Source of the DNA: Promethearchaeia archaeon
GTDB taxonomy: Archaea > Asgardarchaeota > Lokiarchaeia > Sigyniarchaeales > SOKP01
Direction of reading: 5' to 3'
DNA: 14,419 nucleotides
NCBI GenBank assembly: GCA_029856105.1
Contig: JAHQWH010000221.1
Coordinates: forward strand, 1-14,419
Part shown: positions 1 to 8,336 of the stretch, in pieces
How the letters are laid out: each line of letters starts with the position of its first letter
Numbering within the stretch: position 1 is the first letter of the stretch
Made by a program: the position numbers and the translations under genes
The notes under the pieces: generated by a model
Told to the model about the DNA's origin: nothing
Database searches by the model: none
What the model saw: the letters and a program-made list of their open reading frames with translations, nothing else

Positions 1-1062
1 CTTTTTCAGTTTATCAATATTTAACGGTAATAAAGCATCCTTATTTTTCAATAGTACTATACCATTTTCAGCTATCTTGCGAGCTATTGATTGATGTTCG
101 AGTGTATTTCTATTTCCACTTGGGAGCGTATTTTTATCGTCAAATAATCCAACTAAAAACATAACTCTCAGTAACCTCTTGATATTATCGTTTAATGAGT
201 CTTCGGTGAATTTACCTTCTTGAAAGGCTTTTTTCATATTTCTTTTATTGTACTTTTTTGCTGTAGGCATTTCGAGAGATAATCCTGCTGTAACACAACT
301 TCCTGTACTTGTATTGGCTGTAGCGTTCCAATCTGAAACTGTGAACCCTCTAAAGCCCCATTGTTCCATCAACCTTTCTCTTAATAGATTATAATTCTCT
401 GATCCATAAATTCCATTTACTTTGTTATAACAAGTCATGAAGGACCACGCATCAGCTTCTTGGACGGTCGCTTTAAAGGCAGGTAAATATATTTCTTGGA
501 GCGCTCGTTCGCTCACTTCGGAACTCACTGTGAATCTGTTTGTTTCTTGATTGTTACATACGAAGTGTTTTACACAAGCAGCGATTTTCTGGCTTTGAAT
601 TCCTTTTACTGTAGCAACAGCAAGAACTTTATTTAAATGTGGGTCCTCTGTTTGATACTCAAATGTCCTTCCATTCATTGGAGTTCTTTGAATATTAATT
701 CCAGGAGCAAGTAGCATATGAGCGCCGACTTCACGAACTTCTTCGGCTACAGCCTTTCCAAACTCAAAAGATAGTTTGGGGTCCCACGTAGCGGCCCTAC
801 AAATAGCAGAGGGAAAATAAGTGCTCTTTATTTCACCCATCGTGTCAGATCGAACCCCATGAGGGCCATCATACATCGTAAATGATTTTATACCCAACCT
901 TTTAATAGGTTTAGTATGCCACATTAATCTTCCCGAACATAGCTTAAATTTTTCCTCAAGAGTTAATCGGCTTAATAAATCTCTAATTCGTTCTTCTAAC
1001 TCTAAACTTTCATTTCTGAACGGAAGCTGATATAATTCTTCTTCTGAATAATTTTTACTCAC
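1..1062 (-). CDS. Glycoside hydrolase family 3 (beta-glucosidase/xylosidase-like), 3'-truncated by window edge
   Basis: Not in the ORF track; translated by hand from GTG at 1062: MSKNYSEEELYQLPFRNESLELEERIRDLLSRLTLEEKF...DGPHGVR...FPSAICRAATWD...ACVKHFVCNNQETNR...WGFRGFTVSDW (nucleophile Asp)...AENGIVLLKNKDALLPL. The segments read stay in one frame out to base 1. No signal peptide. Confidence 0.93.
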   Translation of the reverse strand, partial: MSKNYSEEELYQLPFRNESLELEERIRDLLSRLTLEEKFKLCSGRLMWHTKPIKRLGIKSFTMYDGPHGVRSDTMGEIKSTYFPSAICRAATWDPKLSFEFGKAVAEEVREVGAHMLLAPGINIQRTPMNGRTFEYQTEDPHLNKVLAVATVKGIQSQKIAACVKHFVCNNQETNRFTVSSEVSERALQEIYLPAFKATVQEADAWSFMTCYNKVNGIYGSENYNLLRERLMEQWGFRGFTVSDWNATANTSTGSCVTAGLSLEMPTAKKYNKRNMKKAFQEGKFTEDSLNDNIKRLLRVMFLVGLFDDKNTLPSGNRNTLEHQSIARKIAENGIVLLKNKDALLPLNIDKLKK

Positions 1063-1116
1063 ATTATTTGACCTTTTTCTACTTTTAATTAATTTAAAGA
1101 AATTAATAAAATTAAT

Positions 1117-1821
1117 TCATGTACCGGCTATTCTTTTTGGATATTTTGTTTGTGCCTTGAGATTTTCCTAAAAAAGTTCATTTAACAATTCAAATCGTTT
1201 TTCTTTAAAATTGTTTTTCTACCATAAGTTATGTAATTCATGCGGATCATTTTTAAGATCGTAAATCTCTCCAAAATCACGTAACCATTCATATACTGTT
1301 AATTTAAAATCCTCTGTAACTAAATGCCTTACCCTAGCTTGAATTGGTCCAACTTCATCATCATGTTCTATCAAACATCAATCCCGAATTTTTTCCTTTG
1401 GATTTTCTAGAACGGGATAAAATTTATCTGGTGGGAAAACCCAACTATAAAAGGATTCTGTAGATTTATATTCCGTTCGAAATGGTGCTGTATTAAATTG
1501 ATGATGTATTTTTCCAAAAGCAGCAGTTCTCCATCCTGCTTTTCCTAAAGTTTTTGTGATTGTAGGAATATCCTCAGATAAGATCATACCATTACTCCTT
1601 ACTCCATTAACATTAGGATATAATCCTGTGAGCAATGTTGCTCTATTAGGCATGCAATATGGGTTGGTGCAAAATACGTTGGTGAATCGAACCCCTTCAC
1701 TCGCTAATTTATCTATATTAGGTGTTTTCAAAATAGAATTTCCAGAACAACCAAGATGATTTGCACGCTGTTGATCTGTCATTATGAACAAAACATTCAT
1801 TTTTTCGCTAATTTTAAACAT
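1117..1821 (-). pseudogene. Arylsulfatase A-like sulfatase pseudogene (internal in-frame deletion plus three in-frame stops)
   Basis: N-terminus has NVLFIMTDQQR, the formylglycine motif CMPNRATLLTG and GKIH. Past TGA 1378-1380 the same frame gives a sulfatase C-terminus: CLIEHDD...RHLVTEDFKLTVY...GEIYDLKNDPHELHNLW*(TAG 1219-1221)...LF*(TAG 1168-1170)ENLKAQTKYPKRIAGT*(1117-1119). Total 235 codons, about half a typical sulfatase. Confidence 0.85.
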
Positions 1822-2059
1822 CCCCGTATAATAATCTATTCAATTGAGATATAAATATTTGTTATTAAAAAATATAAATCATTACCATGTAGGTTATTAT
1901 ATTATTTAAATTAAAAATATATTATTAATTCAATAACGCCCTCAGTTCATTATTTTTAGACTATGAATAGACAAAAGATTACTTTTAAATAATTTTTTAA
2001 GTTTTCATTTTTTTTTTTTAATATTATAAAAAATCTGTTAATATTTCTGTTTTTTTTCT

Positions 2060-3088
2060 ATGAATTTAGCAAAATATATTATTCGGCGCGCTTTATTAGT
2101 AATTCCTGTTTTAATAGGAGTAATCGCTGTGTCATTTATACTTTTGAGATTAAGTATTCCACCTGATAGAATTATTCTTCAAAGATTACCTCGAAGATGG
2201 ACTATGGAAATGTATGAATTCGAGTATAAGCAATTAGGTTTCGATAAGCCTATTTTTATTCAATTTTTAATATTTGTAAGAGATTTGTTTATTGGAAACT
2301 GGGGTTATTCGTATATATTTATCCCAGATTCTAATGTTAAAGATATAATAATGCAACGTTTACCAAGAACATTAGAGCTCACAATTCTTAGTTATTTGAT
2401 TTCAATAATAATTGGTGTTAAATTAGGATTATTTACTGGTTCGAATCGTAATAAAAAAAAAGATAAGTCATTAAGGTATATTACCTATGCATCTATGGCA
2501 ATACCACCCTTTATATTCGCGATGTTTTTTTGTCAAATGGCAGCATATAAAGATCTCAGGCTTTTCCCCTTTTTTGGTTACAAAACACTTGGTTTAGGAG
2601 ATCCTCCGGTTTATACTAATGCTCGAATAATCGATTGTGTACTTTCTAGAAACTGGCTCTTATTAGGAGATTATTTATATCATATCTTTATCCCAATGAC
2701 TGCTATGGTAGTTTTTCAACTTTCAATAATATTTCGTCATACTCGATCTAGCATGATTGGCGTTCTTCAAGAAGATTACATAAGAACCGCATATGCTAAA
2801 GGATGTAATAAAAGACGAGTAATTAATCATCATGCTTTAAAAAATTCATTAGGACCTTCTGTTACGATGATTTCTTTTGCATTTCCTAAGATATTTGCAG
2901 GTTTTGTAGCATTAGAAGTTGCTTTCCAACTTCCAGGATTAGGAGATTTATTCTATCGAGCAATATCTAGGGGAGATTATGCTGTGGTAATTCCAATTAT
3001 CTTTCTAATAGCAATCACCGTCCTTATTATGAATCTTCTCGCCGATATTGCCTATGCTGTAATAGATCCAAGAGTAAGATTAACTTAA
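2060..3088 (+). CDS. dppB: ABC transporter permease, DppB/OppB family
   Basis: N-terminal YIIRR..IPVLIGV, GFDKPIFIQF, RLPRTLEL, EAA loop RSSMIGVLQEDYIRTAYAKG...HALKNSL, C-terminal DIAYAVIDPRVR. Confidence 0.93.
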   Translation: MNLAKYIIRRALLVIPVLIGVIAVSFILLRLSIPPDRIILQRLPRRWTMEMYEFEYKQLGFDKPIFIQFLIFVRDLFIGNWGYSYIFIPDSNVKDIIMQRLPRTLELTILSYLISIIIGVKLGLFTGSNRNKKKDKSLRYITYASMAIPPFIFAMFFCQMAAYKDLRLFPFFGYKTLGLGDPPVYTNARIIDCVLSRNWLLLGDYLYHIFIPMTAMVVFQLSIIFRHTRSSMIGVLQEDYIRTAYAKGCNKRRVINHHALKNSLGPSVTMISFAFPKIFAGFVALEVAFQLPGLGDLFYRAISRGDYAVVIPIIFLIAITVLIMNLLADIAYAVIDPRVRLT

Positions 3089-3245
3089 TTTAAATAAATC
3101 AAATATTAGATGATTTGTATTCACTAAACTTTATGATTTTATTTTTAATTTAATTTGCCCATTAGATTAATAAACAAATTAAATTATCCTAACACGTTCT
3201 TTTTGGAATAAAGATTATTTATAATTTAGATTATTGGATTTTAAT

Positions 3246-4247
3246 TTAGAGATTTCTTAATTTTGGGTCGAAGGTATCTCTTAATCCATCACCTAATAAT
3301 AAAAAGCCTACTACTGTAATTATTATCATAATACCAGGCCATACTGAAGCCCAAGGAGCATCTATAAAGTGATATCTAGCATCACCAATATCTGTACCCC
3401 ATTGAATTAGACTTTGATCGCTATAACCTAAAAAAGATAATGCTGCTAATGAAAGAACAATTCCCCCAATATCAAATGTAAGGTTAATAATTATTGGTTG
3501 ACTACAATTAGGTAAAATATGTTTAAACATTATTCTCCAATTACGCGCTCCAACAACCCTAGCAGCATCAATATATGGTAATGACTTTGCTTGAAGTACA
3601 GAGCCTCTAATTAAACGAGCATAAATTGGAATTCCGATTATACCATAAACTAAAATGATATTCCAAAAGTTTCGTCCTATTATTTGAAGAACAATCATCG
3701 CTAATATTAATCCGGGAAATGCTAATAAAATATCTCCGATTCTCATGATAATAGATCCAAACCACTTTCCATAATAAGCAGCTATGACTCCAAATAATAA
3801 ACCGAATATTACACTGAAGATAACTGAGGGAAATGCAATTATTAAAGCAGATTTAGCTCCAAATATTATGCGTGCTAAAATATCTCTTCCATAAGTTTGG
3901 CCTAATGGATGCTCAGAGGAAGGAGGAGACCATATATTTCCAACATAAAGATTTGCTTCTTCATAAGCATATGGAGATATCCATTCGGGAAAAACAGCGA
4001 GAGTTGTTACTATAAATACGATAACCAACCCGATTATTGTTAAAGGATTTATTAATCTATAAATAGTCCTTCTTTTACTAACAGTTCTTTCATATTCTCT
4101 ATCTCGAAAACTTAGGCTTTTAATTCTATACGCAGGAATGAGTAAAAATTTCAGATTTAAAAAAATCCTTTTAAAACTTTGTTGAGAACTTAATTTTTCA
4201 TCGTTGACTTCTTCAGAATCGATGGATTCTTTTGAACTATTTGTCAT
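3246..4247 (-). CDS. dppC: ABC transporter permease, DppC/OppC family
   Basis: PPSSEHPLGQTYGRDILARIIFGA, EAA loop YIDAARVVGA...IMFKHILPN, AALSFLG, GDGLRDTFDPK. Confidence 0.93.
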   Translation of the reverse strand: MTNSSKESIDSEEVNDEKLSSQQSFKRIFLNLKFLLIPAYRIKSLSFRDREYERTVSKRRTIYRLINPLTIIGLVIVFIVTTLAVFPEWISPYAYEEANLYVGNIWSPPSSEHPLGQTYGRDILARIIFGAKSALIIAFPSVIFSVIFGLLFGVIAAYYGKWFGSIIMRIGDILLAFPGLILAMIVLQIIGRNFWNIILVYGIIGIPIYARLIRGSVLQAKSLPYIDAARVVGARNWRIMFKHILPNCSQPIIINLTFDIGGIVLSLAALSFLGYSDQSLIQWGTDIGDARYHFIDAPWASVWPGIMIIITVVGFLLLGDGLRDTFDPKLRNL

Positions 4248-4479
4248 AACTCATACCTAAAAATCCACATAAAATTATTATTTTAGTTTTCTCAATTAAA
4301 TTTAAAAAATTTAAGTAAATTTAAAACTTTATCGTGTTCTGAGAAGATATTAAAAATAGATATTAAAATAAAATTAGATTGACCTTTATCAAAAAGAATC
4401 AAGATCCACTTATATAAACAAATCTTCCTGCTTCAGCATGCATTTAACGATGTTTTCCCTTTCTAGGTGTTCCATCAAT

Positions 4480-6579
4480 TTATTTTATTCTAAACGATGT
4501 TGATATAAAACTCTCCTCTTTAGAAGAGGGTCCAACATTCGCAATGTATTCTATTGGTTCAATAACCCATTTTTTCTTATTAGAATCGTAATACGATAGG
4601 TCTTCTGCTTTAAGTTTTAAGGTTAGCGTTTTAGTTTCTCCAGGGTTCAAATATACCTTCCCAAATCCTTTTAATTCTTTAATTGGACGATCAACTGAAG
4701 AGTTATTATAACTTATGTATAATTGTACGATTTCTTCTCCGGCTATGTGTCCATCGTTTGAAATATCTACGTTAAATTCTATTTTGGCATTTTTAGAAAT
4801 GGGTTCTTCATTCTTGCGAATATTTTTATAAGTATAAGTTGTATAACTTAGTCCATATCCAAAAGGGAAAGCAGGTTCATATCCATTTTTGTCCATTAAC
4901 TTGTATCCATGATAATATCCATATTCAATAGATTTTGCATATTTATCAAAGAAGGGAAGCTGATCTTCTGATTTTGGAAATACAATGGGAAGCTTACCAC
5001 ACGGATTAAATTTTCCAAAAATAACCTCACCAATTGCTGTTCCACCCTCCATTCCAGGATACCACGCCATTAATATTGCGGGAACTTTATCTTTCCAAGA
5101 TTCAACTATTATTGAACTTCCTCCTTCTAATACAACAATAGATTTCTCGTTTGCTGAAGCAATCGCTAATATTAGTCTTTCGTCTTCCTCTACCAATTCA
5201 AGCGAAACCCTATATCCTCCTAAAGGAGGAATATATTCGCCTTCGTCATCGCTTGTGTTGCCTACAACAACTATTACAGCGTCGGTTTGACGAGCTAATT
5301 TTTCAACGGTCTCAAGGTTTCTTCCATCGTTGTGTATTATTTCTACACTATTTCCAGCAGAATTTTTAATTCCCTCGAGAGGGGTTATTACGTAAGGCGG
5401 ATATACCCTGCTACTGCCGTTGTCTCCGATATTAGGTGTGTCTGCAAGCTTTCCTATCACTGCAATTTTTTTAATATTGTTTTTATTTAGTGGAAGTAGA
5501 TTTTTCTCATTTTTCAACAGCACTATACTTTTCCTCGCGGCATCTAATGCAAGCTGAATGTGCTCTTTGCATGCAACTTTATCTATATTATATATCGCAG
5601 GATCTCCTTCATGTGCGAATTTGAGTTTTAGTCTCAAAATTCTTAAAACGGTCTCATCAATTTGCTCTTCCGAAATTTTTCCCTTCTCTAAAAGCCTTAT
5701 CAACTTTTTTGGTTTCATACGAATTCCAAAAGGCATCTCAATATCAACTCCAGCATTTACTGCCTCCATTCCTTTTCGAATGCCCTGAACAAAATCTGTA
5801 ATTACAAAACCTTTGAAATTCCAATCAGTTTTTAGTATATCGCGTAAAAGATGTGAATTATGGCCACAATATTTTCCGTTGACCTTGTTATATGCATTCA
5901 TAACGGATGTTACACCTGCTTCGACGCATTTTTTAAAATGCCAAAGATACACTTCCCTTAAGGTCCGTTCATCTATTTTTACGTCAACTTCAAATCGCAT
6001 GTTCTCCATGCTATTACACGCGTAATGTTTTGCACACGACATTACATGCTTCTGCGTTCCTTTTATGAGGGCTACTCCAAAGGCTCCAAGATGAAAAGTA
6101 TCTTCGCCATAAGTTTCCTGAGCCCTACCCCATGTGGGATGTCTCAGAAGATTAATACAAACGCCACCAAAATAATTAGCTCCTTGAGCTTTTGCTTCGA
6201 TTCCGATCGCATTTCCTATATTTTCTTCTAGTTCCAAATCCCACATTGCCCCTCTTGCCATAGAAACAGGAAAACAAGTAGAATTACCCAATGCAACGCC
6301 TCTAGGACCATCAATGAATTCAATACCGGGAATTCCAAGATTATCATCAACACCAGCAGGGACGGGTTTATAATTATATCTTGATTCTGAACCCTCCCAA
6401 CTCTCCGAACTCTCCGAACTCTCCGAACTCTCAAAATGAATACCAAGCTTACCATCACCAACCATCTGCCACGTTTTTTCTTTTATAGTCATAAGTGAAA
6501 GAATTTCTCGTGCTTTTTTGTTAATCTCATCTTCTGAGAGCCCAATTAACTCGTCCCACTTTAATTTTCGTTCAGCCAT
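4480..6579 (-). CDS. Glycoside hydrolase family 3 beta-glucosidase with C-terminal Fn3-like domain
   Basis: DGPRGV, GRAQETYGED, CAKHYACN, FKGFVITD (nucleophile), SIVLLKN, AWYPGMEGG, FPFGYGLSYTTY, RPIKELKGF. 699 aa, no signal peptide. Confidence 0.95.
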   Translation of the reverse strand: MAERKLKWDELIGLSEDEINKKAREILSLMTIKEKTWQMVGDGKLGIHFESSESSESSESWEGSESRYNYKPVPAGVDDNLGIPGIEFIDGPRGVALGNSTCFPVSMARGAMWDLELEENIGNAIGIEAKAQGANYFGGVCINLLRHPTWGRAQETYGEDTFHLGAFGVALIKGTQKHVMSCAKHYACNSMENMRFEVDVKIDERTLREVYLWHFKKCVEAGVTSVMNAYNKVNGKYCGHNSHLLRDILKTDWNFKGFVITDFVQGIRKGMEAVNAGVDIEMPFGIRMKPKKLIRLLEKGKISEEQIDETVLRILRLKLKFAHEGDPAIYNIDKVACKEHIQLALDAARKSIVLLKNEKNLLPLNKNNIKKIAVIGKLADTPNIGDNGSSRVYPPYVITPLEGIKNSAGNSVEIIHNDGRNLETVEKLARQTDAVIVVVGNTSDDEGEYIPPLGGYRVSLELVEEDERLILAIASANEKSIVVLEGGSSIIVESWKDKVPAILMAWYPGMEGGTAIGEVIFGKFNPCGKLPIVFPKSEDQLPFFDKYAKSIEYGYYHGYKLMDKNGYEPAFPFGYGLSYTTYTYKNIRKNEEPISKNAKIEFNVDISNDGHIAGEEIVQLYISYNNSSVDRPIKELKGFGKVYLNPGETKTLTLKLKAEDLSYYDSNKKKWVIEPIEYIANVGPSSKEESFISTSFRIK
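6390..6432. repeat. In-frame 9-bp tandem repeat (AACTCTCCG) inside the GH3 gene, encoding (ESS)n
   Basis: Perfect copies at 6399-6407, 6408-6416 and 6417-6425, a partial copy at 6426-6432 and a degenerate copy aaccctccc at 6390-6398. Translates as FESSESSESSESWEGSES. Confidence 0.92.
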
Positions 6580-6852
6580 TTTTTTTTGAAACCTTTTTTA
6601 TTGGTTTTATGAGTACTGCAAAAAGATAAGTATTTTTCTTAAACTTTGATTTTTTTTAATAATGATAAGTCAAAAAAGATTATATCATTAATTAAAGATA
6701 TTGAATGGGTTGTAGGGGTACTAAATCTAATTTATGGTTTATATTTTAGAACTAAAGACATAAGATTAAGATCATTTCCTCGTTTAGTCTAAACCCGAAT
6801 TTGATTTCTCAACTTACTTAGTAAATAATTCCTAAATTTATTTTTGTTTAAT

Positions 6853-7443
6853 TTAATTTTTCCTACATAATAATTCTCCTTTTCCAATTGGTACAATCAT
6901 AGCGTCTACACGTTTGTCAGACAATGCTTTATTTATCATAGGCTTTAATGTCTCATAGTGATTTATTGCATTGTCAGCTACCAACAATCCTCCTTGTATC
7001 AAGTTTGGTATTATTAAATCATAACATTCTTCATAAATTTCTTTTTCAGCATCCAAAAAACAAAAGGATACATTTTTTTCAGTTATCAAATAATTGAGAG
7101 CATCCCCCTCAATTAGTTCAATATATTTCTCCATTTTACTCTCTCGAAATGTCTCTTTAGCAATTTGTATTTTTTTCTCCAAAATTTCATATGTTTTAAT
7201 TTTAATATTCCTTTTCATGCATGCTAAAGCTATCCATAGTGTGGAATAGCCGGCACTGGTTCCGATTTCTAAGATTTGTCCTTTTGGTGCAGAAGCTGCT
7301 AAAATTGCGAGAAATTTACCTGTTTCAGGCGGTATTTGTCGCAATCTTTCCATTCGGGGCGTTCCATTAGCTCTATCTTTAGAATCGAGACCCTCTAAAT
7401 ATCTCATTCTTCTTATTACGAGTTCTGGGATGTTATGAAACAT
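6853..7443 (-). CDS. SAM-dependent O-methyltransferase (family 3 / YrrM-like)
   Basis: SAM motif [44 protein letters not shown]. Confidence 0.88.
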   Translation of the reverse strand: MFHNIPELVIRRMRYLEGLDSKDRANGTPRMERLRQIPPETGKFLAILAASAPKGQILEIGTSAGYSTLWIALACMKRNIKIKTYEILEKKIQIAKETFRESKMEKYIELIEGDALNYLITEKNVSFCFLDAEKEIYEECYDLIIPNLIQGGLLVADNAINHYETLKPMINKALSDKRVDAMIVPIGKGELLCRKN

Positions 7444-7506
7444 TATATTTCACTTGATTAGTACATTAACTTATAATAAATATAACTATTAATATATTGA
7501 TTATCA

Positions 7507-8262
7507 ATGACGCATGAATTACTTCGAACCAATATTTCACTAGAGGAAGCAGCGAAAATTCAAGAGAAATATAGTAGAATATTAAAAGAGTCAGACCAGA
7601 GAATCACTAAAATCACTGGTATAGAGCAGATTAAATGGATTGCTGGAGTAGATATCTCCTATTATCAAGATAGAAATGAAGAGTGGGGCGTATCGTGTGC
7701 TGTTCTCTGGAATTTGACTAAGAATGAGATGGAAAATCATTGTCTCGCGGAAGATATTATTAAATTCCCTTATAAAACCGGTCTTTTGGGTTTTAGAGAG
7801 TGTAACTTGCTTGCACAAGCTATAAACAAGCTTCCAGAAACGCCAGATATTATTATGTGCGATGGTCACGGAATTATCCATCCTAAACGATTTGGAGAAG
7901 CGGTACAGTTAGGTCTAGCTTTAGACGTCCCAACTTTTGGTGTAGCAAAAAATCCATTTATTGGATATTCAGAGTGGAAAACATTAAAGAGAAAAAAAGG
8001 TAAAAAAGTGCCGATTTGGGCTTATGATCCACAAAAATCAACTACCATACCCCAAGAATTATTGGGAAATGCTGTTTGTTTAAACGATAGTATGAAACCT
8101 ATCTTTATTAGCGTTGGGTACAAAACAATTTTAGATTTATCTACAAAAGTTACTTTAAAAACAACTAAAAACCATAGACAGCCAGAACCTCTTTATTTAG
8201 CAGATTACTTTTCAAGGCAAAAAATAAGAGATCGTTTCAAACTAAAACTGGTAATATTTTAG
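7507..8262 (+). CDS. nfi: Endonuclease V (deoxyinosine 3' endonuclease)
   Basis: Catalytic motifs IAGVDISY, FPY..GLLGFRE, DIIMCDGHGIIHP, plus FGVAKN, KPIFISVG and PEPLYLAD. Confidence 0.92.
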   Translation: MTHELLRTNISLEEAAKIQEKYSRILKESDQRITKITGIEQIKWIAGVDISYYQDRNEEWGVSCAVLWNLTKNEMENHCLAEDIIKFPYKTGLLGFRECNLLAQAINKLPETPDIIMCDGHGIIHPKRFGEAVQLGLALDVPTFGVAKNPFIGYSEWKTLKRKKGKKVPIWAYDPQKSTTIPQELLGNAVCLNDSMKPIFISVGYKTILDLSTKVTLKTTKNHRQPEPLYLADYFSRQKIRDRFKLKLVIF

Positions 8263-8336
8263 AGAAATGCTATTTTTAAAGGAAGAAAAATATTTTTTAA
8301 TTAAATTAATAATAATAAATTATTTGGGTGATGTAT

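Noticed and set aside
1168-1380. Genome-wide stop-codon reassignment suggested by in-frame TAG/TGA in the sulfatase
   Set aside because: No other gene is interrupted, and TAG (nfi, 8260-8262) and TGA (HTH_10, 11039-11041) end genes at plausible lengths. Pseudogenisation is simpler.
2008-2019. Long homopolymers (T12 here, A runs near 11097-11107 and 11880-11890) as phase-variation tracts
   Set aside because: All intergenic and common in AT-rich archaeal spacers; variability cannot be shown without reads.
4345-4369. Tandem AGATATTAAAA x2
   Set aside because: Two low-complexity copies with no spacers; not a CRISPR array and no recurrence.
4985-6231. Five short plus-strand ORFs
   Set aside because: Antisense shadows of the well-supported GH3 gene.
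6228-6461. 77-aa ORF containing VRRVRRVRR
   Set aside because: Alternative-frame reading of the 9-bp repeat inside the GH3 gene, with no independent support.
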